A stretch of 64,000 bases of DNA. Origin: Neoconidiobolus thromboides FSU 785 (Eukaryota; Fungi; Entomophthoromycota). The notes under the pieces are model-generated. The model was not told the origin of the DNA and did not search any database. It saw only the letters and a program-made list of their open reading frames with translations. A program made the position numbers and the translations under genes. Shown here in pieces: positions 40,048 through 52,790 of this stretch (the stretch's first letter is position 1; each line of letters starts with the position of its first letter). The stretch lies in contig MU626298.1 of assembly GCA_025603075.1 (NCBI GenBank), positions 73,607-137,606 of the forward strand. Direction: 5' to 3'.

Positions 40048-41024
40048 TTGTTTTAAATTTTATTTTGTTTTTTACTACTATTCTCCTATTTAAATACCCC
40101 ATACATTTACCACCTTTTAATATAAAAAGTGGTCATTATGATATAACTTTAGTTTTATTGAAGTTGAAGTTTAAGATTTGTTTTTACAAGCTAAAAATTA
40201 ATTAATTGATCATTGTAGTGTAATCAGAGTTTATTTTCAAATGTTTTATCCTAATTTACTATATTTGTTCATAATATGAACTTAACGCATACTGTTTTTT
40301 ACAAAGTTAATAAAGCACTTAAGTCGAAAATAAACTGTGATATACTATTTTAACACCTTTTTAGGTTATTTTGATTGATAGTAACTTTAAAATAGTTGAG
40401 TATTTTTTTAGAACAATGATTTTTTTGTAAAGTTTCTGTTACTAGTTTGTCCTAGCTTAATTTTAAAATCAAATATCTTTAACATAATATCATCGTATCA
40501 ATAATATAATAAAAAATTGATATACATAAAAGCTTAAGGTATATTGTAAAAAAGTAAATATAGAATTTTATTTTTCTAATTCTTGCATTGGCAAATACTT
40601 ATTTAATGGGCAAATTAATAAATTAAAATTTGATTTGTCAATATAACATTATTTTATTGATTAAACTACCAAATAGCAATAAAACTATTTTTGTGCCTTT
40701 AGTACAAAGTAGTGCATACTTTTTAAACTATAAATAAGGTTGAAGAATTAATAATATAATATAATATTAGTAATGGAAAATGGTTTAAAATAGTTAAATG
40801 ATAATATTTTGCATAAAAATATCCAGTCACCTTCTGTTGAATATTGAATCAGAATTTACCGCAGTTTCAAACTCCTTAAATAGGTAATTTATGATAAACC
40901 TTAATTGAATTATGATCATGTCATGCTTTAAGCTTTTAAAAGAGTATATAAAGGAAACAGTATCGATTTTTAATTTTACTTTTATTTTTGTGTAAAATAT
41001 TTAAATTTAAATCTTACAATTAAA

Positions 41025-42182
41025 ATGATTGAGATTACCAAACTTATTGTTTACCCTATTAAATCATGTGCTGGACTTGAAATAGATGAGATTGAATTAG
41101 ACAAGCGTAAGAATTGAAGAATAGTTGCCAAATATGAAAGTATATTAAAAATGATTAATTAGATGGCCTTAAGTTTGATAGATTATATACAATAATTGAC
41201 GAGAATAATACCATAATTAGAGCTACTGAATATCCAAAAGTAAAAAATAATGTAAATTGGATATCCAATTCATTAATAGTTTAAGTTATACAGCATAAAA
41301 CCTAAGTTGATTGAAGATAACGATCATACTTTAATTAAAGTATATGTGAAAGACGATGAAAATAATAGTATCATTTTAGACCCAAACACGAAGTAAATAA
41401 ATTATGATGTAAAAGTTAAAAATTGACAATATATAATACCTATTTAAATAGTGAATATGGTGACGAGATTTATTTAGATTTTTACGAGGCTAAAAATATT
41501 CATGGATATAAATTAAATGACAAAATCGATGACTGGTTTTCAAGAAATTTAGGTATGAAAGTTAAGCTAATCATTAAGGGAGACAAGGTCCGTCCAGTTG
41601 ATTATGTCAACTTTGATAAGGAAGAATTTAAGAATACTCCTACAGAGGTAAGTATATTATTATATTTGTGATAAAATTATAATACAAATACAAACCATTA
41701 ATATATTCAGATCGCTTTTTCTAACAGATACCCAATATTAATGTTAAGTGAAGAATCTGTAAAAGAATTACAGGACAAATTACGTGAAGAGAATAAAGAT
41801 GTGAATGTAGACTATCGAAATTTTCGACCAAACATAGTAATTAAAGGAGTCAATGAACCACATAAAGAGGATGATTTTTTAGTAGCAAATGTTAATAATG
41901 ATATAAAATTATATTTTGATCTTCCATGTGCCCGTTGTCCATTCCCTAATGTTAATCCAGATACTGGTATTAAGCATACGTTGGAACCCTCAAAGACACT
42001 GTCCACATATCGTCGAACTTTTAAGAATATCAACAAATATAGATCCTTCTTTGGAATTAATGCTATCCCATTGTCCTATGGTAAATAATAAACTATTGAA
42101 AATATATATTCGATTAATTTCTATAGGTAATCTTAAAATCGGGCAAGATATTAACGTTGAATCTTGGTCAAAAAAGGACTGA
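41025..42182 (+). CDS. MOSC-domain (mARC/YcbX-like) molybdoprotein, copy 1 (multi-exon)
   Basis: MIEITKLIVYPIKSCAG (MOSC_N), FDRLYTIID, RNFRPNIVI, PCARCPFPNVNPDTG motif, FFGINAI. Confidence 0.88.
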
Positions 42183-42489
42183 TTTAGGTTTTATAAAATA
42201 GTATCTTGGAGCTTTAAATAAAATATTTTTAAATATTGGTAACTTTTAGTAAATGTTATATACGGAAACATTTATATACTGTATAAATAATAAAAATCAA
42301 AATAGAAAATATAAGGATAAAAGAAAGGAATTATGAATAAATTTGTTAATTTTGATGGTTTAAAAAAATTATTTCGAAAGTCAATTTCACTTTTCTTTGA
42401 CTTTTTACTTTTGGAAACACTTATATTATTTAATTTAGTCAGTATATTTAGATAGATGTTAAGGATAAATGGATAGTTTATATTAAAAA

Positions 42490-44190
42490 GCCATATCTAC
42501 ACCAGCTATATCCAAAAAACTACCGAAATTAAACTTAGGAGTTTCCCATTGTTTACAATTAAGACCAAGTTAGATAGTATGTTTTTGTAATAACATTAAG
42601 GGTATGACTCTTTGTTCAATTAAAGAAAAGCTTAATATAATGCCTAGAAACTCAATTAATATTTATATATTTATACTAAAATTTAAAATCATACATGTTC
42701 TTATTCTAATGCCAAATGGTACCTGCACAGTTGATTTAACGGTGCGAGGGTCTCTAAATATATCCAGATTAAATTTTTTGGGCTTTGGAAAATACCTGGG
42801 GTTTTGGTCATGAAAGTATATAGGCAATGTAACCATATTCCCCTTTTTAACTTATGTACCATCACTTAAAGTTACATTTTTAAGAGCATATTCCCTTACT
42901 AAAATTACAACTAAAGATATATGGATACTCTCTTTAATGACACAGTTAATGTACTCTGACTTTTTTGTTGATAATTAGCTGGAGCTTTAATTTCACTTGA
43001 ATCTTCTAAAATGTTTAAGGCTTCTTGGTGAGCTTTATTCTGAATATCTTAAAAAAACCAAATATCTATATAATTTAGAAAAAATATTGTTTATTTGATG
43101 TTTAGGTAAACAACATGGTGTTGAGTTAAGTGTGCTAACAGTGGTGCCTGACCAGAAACAAAAAGAACAGTCAGGTCATTTAAAGTCTCTTTGTTAGTTA
43201 AATCATTTACATCATTTTCTATGGGATCACGAATCACCAAAGAAACAATATCATCTTCTACTAGACCAGACTTAACTTCCTTTCGTTTAACATTTATAAT
43301 TCCTTCTAAGAAAACTTTAAAATGTTGCCCTTCCTGATAACCATGCTTATGCGAGTCTATAAACTTGGGTACAAAGGGACTAGGGAAAGAGAATGTAAAG
43401 AAAGTGAGATTAAAAGTGCCAAATATAGTTTCTTTATAATAAAGTAAACTTTCATCTTTTCAACTATTTTTTAGAGCAAAAGAGTCATAGCTAAATATCC
43501 CACAACCTAAAACATTTAGAGCCAGTTGCTGCAGCATATTATCTATATCTGGAGGCAGTCTATTTTAAGATTCGATTTTATCAATAAGTTCATACTCACT
43601 TTTAGTAAAAACTTTTATATCCAAAGACTTTTTAAAAGCTGGGTTAACTGTTCTACAATGATATCTCGATTTACTTTATCTGATAAAACAATATTTAATT
43701 TACCAAAGAGTTTGTACCTTGATTCTCCAAAATCAACCTGGTTTATTAGGTTCTTATAAAAAACAAGAGTATGCATTGCAACTTCTTTAATTATCATATA
43801 ATCAGATATCATCAAATGTCGATATTTTATATATTTATATATCGTCTACTATTTCTATTGGTTTTATGAATTAATGAATTTTAGGTTGACATGGGCTTTG
43901 TCCAAAAAACATAGGGGTGTCTTTTTTCATTACTTTTTCCATTTCTTAAATACTATTTAAGGTAGATAAACTTACTAGTAAAATTCTTCAACAAAAAATA
44001 TATCCCCATATATATATTTATACAAAGCTGATAAGATCAAAGCAAAAGCTTTTCAATACGAATTCTGGATTGGAAGCCAATATCAATTTCTTCAAAATTC
44101 AATAGCTAAATCATCGTGGTTTATTAGTAAATACAAAATTCAGTTTAATCTGAGGAAAAATAGCAATGCCATTAATTAGAAGTATAAAAC
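42490..44190 (-). pseudogene. Cytochrome P450 pseudogene (frameshifts, stops, MITE insertion); 5' limit uncertain
   Basis: Frame-hopping translation gives I-helix VLFVSGQ/TTVSTL, DIQNKAHQEALNIL, K-helix YINCVIKESIH, YFPKPKKFN, and heme loop PFGIRIRT|CIILSFSLIEQRVI (intron inside the Cys codon). Confidence 0.85.
43914..44007 (-). mobile_element. ~99-bp MITE copy 10
   Basis: GGGGTG...TATCCCC with the family internal sequence, diverged. Confidence 0.78.
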
Positions 44191-44202
44191 AAATGAGGGT
44201 AT

Positions 44203-44298
44203 GGGGGTGTATTTTTTTGTTTAAGAATTTTATTACATCTTTCCACTCAAGTAGCGCTTAAAAAATGGAAAAATAATGAAACCAAAAAAAACAGTCCC
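44203..44298 (+). mobile_element. ~99-bp MITE copy 11
   Basis: GGGGGTG...CAGTCCC, internal TAGCGCTTAA; right flank ATAT. Confidence 0.85.
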
Positions 44299-44302
44299 AT
44301 AT

Positions 44303-44391
44303 ATTTATGTTTAAGAATTTTACTAAGAATTTTTCGATTTAGATAGCGCTTAAAAAAATGGAAAAGTAATGAAATCAAAAAAAACATCCCC
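44303..44391 (+). mobile_element. ~99-bp MITE copy 12, 5'-truncated, in tandem with copy 11
   Basis: TTTATGTTTAAGAATTTTAC..TAGCGCTTAA..CATCCCC then AAAT. Confidence 0.82.
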
Positions 44392-45692
44392 AAATTATTT
44401 TTTCCGGTTCAAATTCGATTTAGAGTTCTAATCTTTGAATTAACTTAAGTTTTTGATACCAGGTGTTAAAAACTGAGGTGCCTATAGTTTGGGTTAAAGC
44501 TAAATAACTCAACTTATAATAAAGCTATATAAAAAACGAGCAAGGAAATGAGATGGAAAAGCTTCTATGAATATATTCTTTAGAATTCCTTTACTTGATA
44601 CTCAAACTAATCTAATCTAAGATGTAATAAAAAAGATAGGATTTTTTTAAAGATCTATGTCAAAAACTCTCTTTTACAATGTAATAAGACCTTGACAGTA
44701 ATCGAAAGTCAAGTCAAATTATTACGTATACGAGCGTCTTTTTTGTAGTATTATTTTATCCCTTTTTCTGAAGCGTAAACTCTCGAAGAATCAATAGTTG
44801 TTGAAAAAGCATCCACATCCAACTTTTTACAACATTTTTGTTAAACTATTGAGCAATAGGAGTTTTTATATTTTACATTCTAATACAATATAAAACCTAT
44901 TATATTAAATTTTAAACCATATAAAAGTACTAATAATTTAATGTATGCTAGTTATATTTAAGTTTATTATAAGCTTAATAAAGCATAAGTTTGAAGAAAC
45001 GGATTAAGTTGAATTAAGATTCAACTACTCTCCAATTTTAATTGATTGCAAAGTTCGAATTTAAGCGTATGTGCTAAGGAAACTCTCGTTTTTTTGATAA
45101 AATTGAAATTAGTAGAATAGTGGAGTTTTAAAACTAAATTAAGCTGTAGATTTTATATTTTAATTTTTTCTAATTTTTATAACTATTTGTCCAGATTTTG
45201 ATATTTGAAAAAAATATTTCTAGTTTCAAAATGTTTAGTAATAGAACTTGCATTAAGCTTTATTAAGATCATAATGTTGTGCTTTAAGCCTTATAATTTT
45301 TTTTTGAAGGAAGTTATAATTACCATTTGTTTTAGTAAAACAATCTATACATCATACTGAAATTATGTTTCAATTTAAATGACTAAAGGTTCAAAACTTA
45401 GTATTTATCCCATCAAATTTTGTATTGATGAAGTATACAAGTATATGAGATTGAAGTGCAAAAAGTAAACATTAGACGGATGCCTTTGTATATGAATGTA
45501 TAATAACTATTAACTAAAATTATTGTAGTTGGTATCAGGTATGATAAGTTATATATTCTAATTGACGGGAATAAGAATATTGTATTAGCTGTTGATTATC
45601 TGAAGTAATACTAATATGATGAATATTATTCAATTTCTTAAATGATAATTTATGTGGACATTACCCAAATTAACTAAAGATGATAACAATAT

Positions 45693-45782
45693 GGGGATGT
45701 TTTGATTTCATTACTTTCCATTTTTTTAAGCACTATTTGAGTGGAAAGATTGTTAGTAAAATTCTTAAAAAAATACATCCCT
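45693..45782 (-). mobile_element. ~99-bp MITE copy 13, inside the MOSC pseudogene, TSD ATAT
   Basis: GGGGATG...CATCCCT; ATAT at 45689-45692 and 45783-45786. Confidence 0.88.
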
Positions 45783-45946
45783 ATATATTAATTAAAGAAT
45801 TTATCAAAGATAATAAAGATAGTTTACTATTTTGGATTCAAACATAACGTAAAAATTGCATAGTATAATGATATAATAGCAATACATTCTATACAGTGAA
45901 TATGGTGAAGAGATTTATATAGGCTTATACGTATCTTTAAATATAT

Positions 45947-46045
45947 GGGGATGTATTTTTGTGCTTAAGGGCTTTACTAATAAATTTTCCACTCAAATAG
46001 CGCTTAAAAAATGGAAAAAATAATGAAATAAAAAAAAACATTCCC
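45947..46045 (+). mobile_element. ~99-bp MITE copy 14, inside the MOSC pseudogene, TSD ATAT
   Basis: GGGGATG...CATTCCC; ATAT at 45943-45946 and 46046-46049. Confidence 0.9.
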
Positions 46046-47146
46046 ATATATCAATATAAATAAGCAAAATGAGGTTATTAATTAGTTTTCAAAATACTTG
46101 GGGATAAAGTTGAGTTTAGTCGTGAGAGGAGAAAAATTTCGTCTAATTAAATGTACCAACTTTGATAAACAGATACATAAAAATGCTTTTATTCAATAAG
46201 ACACATATATATTATTAATATTATTATATTAATAGATTCGGATCGCTTTTTCTAGTAAATACTCGATATTAATGTCAAACGAAGAGTATGTAAAGGATTT
46301 ACAAGATAAATTACATAAAGAAAATAAAGACATGGATACAGATTATCATAGTTTTCAACTAAACGTAGTGATTAAAGGAGTTGATAAACCACATAAACAA
46401 GGCAATTTTTAGTAGTATATATTGATAATAATATAAAACTACATACTGATATTTCATATGGTCATTGTCCTTATCTTAATGTTAATCTAGATGCCGGTAT
46501 TATACATGAACAAGAACCTACCAAAATTATGTTCAAATATTATTGAGGTTTTCAAAACATCGTTAATATATATCTTTGTTTGGAGTTAGTGTTATCTCTT
46601 TTCTTATGATAAATAAGATTGATTTAAATTTTGTTGTATATTTTAACTGTTTTTATATAATTAATCTTAAGATTGGACAAAACATTAGTATTAAGTCTTG
46701 TTCAAAAAAGAACCGGTTTAAAGTTCATAAAACAACCTTTTGAAATTTCAAATAAATTATTACTAAACATTAGTAATCTTTGTTTTTTTAAATGTTATAT
46801 ATATGGAATATATTCGCTTTTTTTGATAAAAAATAAAAGTGTAAGGTACAAATAAAGTCTATAATTAAAGGAAAGAAAAACATCAATTTAAGTGATATAA
46901 AATACCAGTTTATTATGTAATTTATTGATAATATTTGCTATGATTTAATTGAAAATTTGTTATTAAATAACTTTAAAGTGATTTGGTGTTAAGGAAATAA
47001 ACAAATACATCTTAACTTTTAAATAATGTCAAATAAATCGAATTTCATACTTTATGAATAAAATGAAAGATAACAAAATGCATTTATTCTCTAAAAGTAT
47101 ATATAAATAACAAAAAGGACTAAAAACAAAATAGCTTAAACTTAAA

Positions 47147-48298
47147 ATGATAACTATCTCTAAATTAATTATTTATCCTATTAAATCCTGTGCTGGTATT
47201 GAAGTAGAAGAAGCCAATTTGATAAAAAGTAATAATATATAAATAAAAATATAGTAAAATATAATTCATTTTATTAGGTGGTTTACAATATGATCGTTTA
47301 TTTACTATAATTGATAATGAAGATAAAATTATTACTGCAAGAACACATCCAAAAGTAAATATTATTAACTATTAGCAATAAAGTTAACTCAATGTTGTTA
47401 GTTAGTTACTATTCATCCCTCCTTTATTAAAAGAGACAATAAACAATATCTCAAAGTAATAACTTTGGAAAACAAAGACAACGAGTTATTGATTGACCTT
47501 GATGACGACCAGTAATTGATATAAAAATTATAAATGATGTAATAAATATACTAAATATATTAAAAGTGAACCAAAAGAGGGTGAAGAAGTAAGTTTAGAT
47601 TTATGGGAAAGCAAAGATATTCAAGGGTATAGATTGAATGAGAAAGCAAATACTTGGTTTTCAACTTATTTAAATGAGCCTGTTTCTTTAGTTAGAAAAG
47701 GAAGTAAGCCACGTCCAGTAATTGATTTTTATTTACAAAAATCAGGCTTATTAGACGTAAACAGTGAGGTAAATTAGTAATAGTAGTAGTAATCAGTATG
47801 AATATTAATACGTTGTTTGTCAAGACTTCCTTTGCAGATGGGTTCCCATTATTAATTATAAGTGAAGAATCAGTTTTTGAATTAAAAGATCAGTTGCCTA
47901 AAGATAGCGGCATAAACGTAGATTATCGTAATTTCAGACCAAATATATTAATTAAAGGGGTAACTTCAGCAAATAAAGAAGATGAGTTCTCATTAATTAG
48001 TATTGACAATAATATTAAAATACATTGTGATATTCCATGCGAACGTTGTTCTTTGCCCAATGTCAATCCAGATACTGGTATTAAACATTCATTAGAACCT
48101 TCAAAAACATTATCAAAATATCGTAGAAATTTCAAAGATATTAATAAATATAAAAGCTTTTTTGGAATCAATGCTATCCCACTTTCTTATGGTAAATAAC
48201 AATACTATTCAATATTCAATATTTAATATTTAATACTTTATTTAGGTAATATTAAAATTGGCCAAACAATCCATGTTGACTCACTATTAATCAAATAA
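47147..48298 (+). CDS. MOSC-domain (mARC/YcbX-like) molybdoprotein, copy 3 (multi-exon)
   Basis: MITISKLIIYPIKSCAG, YDRLFTIID, SFADGFPLLIISEES, RNFRPNILI, PCERCSLPNVNPDTG. Confidence 0.9.
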
Positions 48299-48316
48299 AT
48301 ATAATAAGAATAAAAT

Positions 48317-49658
48317 TTATTTTTGTATTAACAAATCTTTTGATTCAATTTGTTCTACAATTAAGGTATCTGGTGAACTGGCTTCCGAGTTAATGTTTAA
48401 AGGTATATTACTATGGGTTATATGGTCATTAACATTATTTTTGTTAGATAACTTAATATAACCAAAGAATAGTAAACCAATCAAAGTAATTACAGATAAC
48501 CAAATGGGTACCCAATAAACGTCTGGGAAGATCTTTAAACCAAAAATGAAATTGATCATTGCTAAAGTATAAGTAAAACGACCTAAATACCAATGCAATT
48601 TATCATACCAGGGTATTTCACTACGATTATTATCATACAATTTATCAATAACGAAACCTAAAGTTAATTGTATAAAAAATAATAATGTAACTAAATAACC
48701 TAAAAACTAAAAAAATAGATATTAATTTTACTTTCTTATTATAATTAAATTAAATTAACTTACTGAATGTGGATCATTAATAACAAACCCAGTATGCACA
48801 TTCATTAACACAATAGCTAAAATTGAAAACAACAGAGTAAATGAAAAGCACATTATATGACAACGGAACCACCACACACCTAATTGACTTTTATAAAATT
48901 TAGCAATTGCTATAGCTATTGGTGGCAATACAACCCAAGCAATAAACATAAAAAAGCCATGCAACAAAATCAAAGTTGGTATTGAGTTGTCTTCTTCTTC
49001 TTCTTCTTCTGAAAAATGGGTGTGGTCCAATTCTTCCCCTTCTTTTTCCAATTCAGAAGATAAAACAAGGTCAAACATCCCCTTCTCTTGTTTTGAATTA
49101 TTGTTATCTTTTAGGTTATATTTATACTCTAAAGTTAAAGAAGCTGTTTCTCCTTCAACTTCTCCTTCTATACCTTGAATTTGATTTAACTGTAAATCAT
49201 TTAACAATAATTGATAATAGTAAGTATGGTTTTTAAATAGTTGGATAACATTGTCTAATTTTAATTTTTGAGAAGTTGAATTAGATTGTAAATAAACGGT
49301 ATGATTTATAGAAGGAGAAGGCTTAGGCTCAATAAACTATAAAAAAGGAGAAGAGGTTAATGTTTGTTATTTAATATTTAAGACAAAGTTTTACTATCTT
49401 TTGAGTTTCAAGCTGACATTCGAAGTAGCTAAAAGAAGAAGCATTATTAACATATTATTGTACTATGTAAATATCAATATCAACCTACCTAACATTTTCA
49501 GCAAGTTGGATATTTAACTGGGAAGAAGTTAATAAATCTAAATTTATTAATTCAAAACAAAAATGTTGATTTAATGTACAGTTCTTTATGTTTGGTAAAA
49601 AAGCTGCTAGTTGAGTTATATGAAATAATACAATGAAAAATCGTTTCAAAAGGCTCAT
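48317..49658 (-). CDS. Cytochrome b561-family membrane protein with an N-terminal extracellular domain (multi-exon)
   Basis: Signal-like N-terminus; heme His pattern LHGFFMFIAW, WFRCH, DPHS|FLG (spliced), DKLHWYLGR. Confidence 0.82.
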
Positions 49659-50502
49659 TCTTGGGATGAGTGTAATAAAAAATGAAGATATCAAATAATT
49701 GAGATATTAAAAGCTTTTTAATGGATTTATTCTGGATGAGTATTTATATTCCTCTACTTTCTAAATACTAACTTGTTTAATGATACCTCATGCTCATTCT
49801 TCAACTTCTATTATGAATTTCTAATTTCAAGCTTAATTATTGTTAGTAAGTATTTCAATTACTCTAACTTCCATACTTTTTAAAAATTTTCTTTATTGTG
49901 AATTACCGTTAGTCATTAAAAGACATTGTTTGGAATTCAAATTTGAAGTTGCTTTGTTTTCACATGAGTGAAAAAAGTAACGTATAAATAATGATAAAAA
50001 ACATAACGGTTATTGATAGTGAACTGATATTTCAATGTTAAAAAATAAAGCTGTTTTGTTTTCAGTAACTAACTAATGTTTTTTAACAATTTTATGTTGC
50101 GAGAAAATGATCATAGTAAATCCATTTTTCAACTATAGCATTACCTTTTTGAAAGGTAATGAAACAAGTTGTTCAAAAGGACGTAATTAGTTTTGTAATA
50201 CTATCAATAAAGCTTAAATTTATTAAAAACTTAGATTGTTTACTTTCCTTGTTTTATCAATATTAATAAATCATTAATATAGTAAAACTTAATATATATC
50301 CCTCCATTTATTTTAACAATAAGAAAGCAAACTATGCAAACTATGATATCTAAAACATACCAATAATATAATAGCAATAGATGATATAACACTGATATTT
50401 AAAAGATATTAATATAATTTATGCTAAAAATAATTTATTAGATGATTTATATCTTTTATACTTGGTTAAAGGGAATTAGAAAACTTATTAACAACGCTAA
50501 AG

Positions 50503-51042
50503 TTAACAGCATTTAGATTTGGAGCTGCAACAGGCTGAGGTGGTTTTATCAGTGGTACATTCACATGTTTTTGAATCAGATTTGCAGGTTTCGCACTTAC
50601 ACCCTACTTCACAGTTACATCCTTCTTTGGCACAGGCACATTTAGATTTGGAGCTGCAACAGGCTGATTTGGTTTTATTAGTAGTACATTCACATACCTT
50701 TGAATCAGATTTGCAGGTTTCACAGTTACATCCTTCTTCACAATTACATCCTTCTTTGGCACAAGCACAACTAGTTCCTTTGTTTTCTACTTTGCGAGTT
50801 TCACAGTTGCAAGAAGCATCACATTTACAACCATCTTTGCTTCCAGTGCAGGCACAGATCTTGGCTAAAGCTTGAGCCTTTCTGGTTTCACAACTGCATG
50901 AGCTGTCACAATTACAACCACCTTGGCTACCTGTACAGGCGCAGACCAATTCAGCTACTTGGGCTTGGCGAGTGGAGCAGTTGCATGCAGATTGGCAATT
51001 ACAGCCATTGGTGTTTCCAGTACATTTACAAGTTTGAGGCAT
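50503..51042 (-). CDS. Large metallothionein-like protein 1 (179 aa, 42 Cys, no aromatic residues)
   Basis: CxC-rich modular sequence, intronless; three 29-aa and two 43-aa repeats; upstream TATA box. Confidence 0.88.
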   Translation of the reverse strand: MPQTCKCTGNTNGCNCQSACNCSTRQAQVAELVCACTGSQGGCNCDSSCSCETRKAQALAKICACTGSKDGCKCDASCNCETRKVENKGTSCACAKEGCNCEEGCNCETCKSDSKVCECTTNKTKSACCSSKSKCACAKEGCNCEVGCKCETCKSDSKTCECTTDKTTSACCSSKSKCC

Positions 51043-51114
51043 TGGGTTATTATTTAATTGTTGGATTGATTTAAATTGAGATTTTTTAAAGTTAATGACT
51101 ATTCATTTGTTTGC

Positions 51115-51122
51115 TTTATATA
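51115..51122 (-). promoter_or_regulatory. TATA box candidate of MT-like gene 1
   Basis: TATATAAA on the minus strand 73-80 bp upstream of the ATG; weak evidence in an AT-rich background. Confidence 0.45.
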
Positions 51123-51252
51123 CCTAACGTTGCCTTGGGGAACCAATTTATCCAATCATTGATGACGATAAAAGATGGGAATGGTGTCGTAAAGCACAAA
51201 TAATGATTGGCTTAATCCAGGTTTTAGTTGCTTTAAATAAGTCGAGAGGTTA

Positions 51253-51343
51253 ATGCTATTGGTTGGAATAGGAATTGAGTTTGTAAAAAAATGAGTGACA
51301 AATTATCTAAATGTGAGTTAATATGGAATCCAGCCAATAGCAT
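51253..51343. promoter_or_regulatory. Inverted pair of 14-bp CCAAT-containing elements upstream of MT-like gene 1
   Basis: ATGCTATTGGTTGG (51253-51266) and CCAGCCAATAGCAT (51330-51343), 13/14 complementary; the left element is conserved upstream of gene 2. Confidence 0.5.
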
Positions 51344-52303
51344 AAAATTCTCGGTCACTTTTTTCCCCAGCTCAAATGTAAAGATGAAATTGATAACTTA
51401 TTCTCTGTAATAGGGAAAAACAGTTAGATTGATTATTTATGGTTAAAATCCCCTTAGCAGTATGGTTTAGGTTTACTTTATAGGAGCTTAAACATCTTGG
51501 TTTTGTTTTAGTTTAATACAATTTTTTGATTTCTTTTCTAAGATTGTATCAAATAGCTTATTATTATTTATGATATTCGTCTTAGCTTATTCAAACTTCT
51601 AGTATTTTCGATCTAATAGGCATTATTAACCAAGTTTTAATAAATCATAAACATCATGTTTATCATTTAACGAAAATAACCTATACATTCTTCTTCCGCT
51701 CAGTAATTTATTAGTTTCATACTAATTACTATCACTTGGTATTTCTAATCTCATACTATTCGGCAAAAATAGTTCGTTTTTCACAAGTAAACTGAATATA
51801 ACTTCTTTGCGCTATAATCTTAACTAAGATTGAATAGACAATTCAGGTTAAATAATGCAACAATAAGTATTATTTTTGTTAAATGCAGGGATAACTAACT
51901 CCAATCAAACAGGCAATTCTGGGCAGAATGCATGTATTTAACTTTTTATTCAATAATAGTAACTGTTAATAAATCTCAAATCGTCATAGATTAAGAAACT
52001 TTAAAAGGAAATGGATTAAATAGTAGTAGTAATAAATACTTTGAATTTTTTTATTTAAACAGGTACTTTTACCCTTCTCTTTTCAAAAATAGTAAAGTTA
52101 CTAACAGCGAGCTTATCATAAAGCTTTATTTGCACCTTCTCCGATATGTTTTAAACCATATAAATTGTTTTTGAATAATAAAATAAAGTGATATAAAACA
52201 TAAAAATGTGAAAATCCCTTACTTAAAATATTAACCTTCCCTTACCTTTCCTGGCTTTACTAAAGAGTTTTTGTTTTTTGAGAATTCCAGAAAATAAGTA
52301 TAT

Positions 52304-52400
52304 CGGGATGTTTTTTTGTCTTCGTTACTTTTTCCATTTTTAAGCACTATTTGAGTGGAAAGATTATCAGCAAAATTCTTAAGCGAAAAAATACATCCCC
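52304..52400 (-). mobile_element. ~99-bp MITE copy 15
   Basis: CGGGATG...CATCCCC; flanks ATAT/AAAT. Confidence 0.86.
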
Positions 52401-52790
52401 AAATAGTAGATAGGATAGTATACTCAGAACGTTAAGTGACAAAACAGAGTTTTTGATAATGTAATAAAGCTCACTAAATTTTTTAATTATCAATTCATTT
52501 TGGTTTACCACTATAGTAGATAATTTATAAATATAGTAAAACTTAATCTTTCTTACTTTTCTAATTTAATAGAATAATAAATCAAATACAATAAAAAACC
52601 ATGTTATTAGCGAATTAATAAAGTAATATTAAAAAAATGTAAATACAGTAATAGTAAATTAATAAACAGTAAATTAAATCATTGTACTACCCTTTTAAGC
52701 ATTAAAATAGCTTCTAAAAAACTAATTATATAGTTCAAATATTTGTGTTATATTTAAAGGCACTTATAAGTTTATTATTAATACTTGAAT

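Larger units (their letters stand above)
45379..46716 (+). pseudogene. MOSC-domain pseudogene (copy 2) carrying two MITE insertions
   Basis: Collinear with copy 1 (..IYPIKFCI.., KDLQDKLHKENKD, VVIKGVDKPHK, HCPYLNVNLDAG); Trp-to-TAG stop, frameshifts, insertions at 45693 and 45947. Confidence 0.88.

Noticed and set aside
50519-50875. Plus-strand Q/L/H/S-rich ORF opposite MT1 (and 53186-53434 opposite MT2)
   Set aside because: Antisense shadow of the repetitive Cys codons.
51105-51120. TTTGCT near the MT1 TATA box as an Ace1/Mac1-type copper element
   Set aside because: Incomplete consensus, single copy, not present at the same place in MT2.
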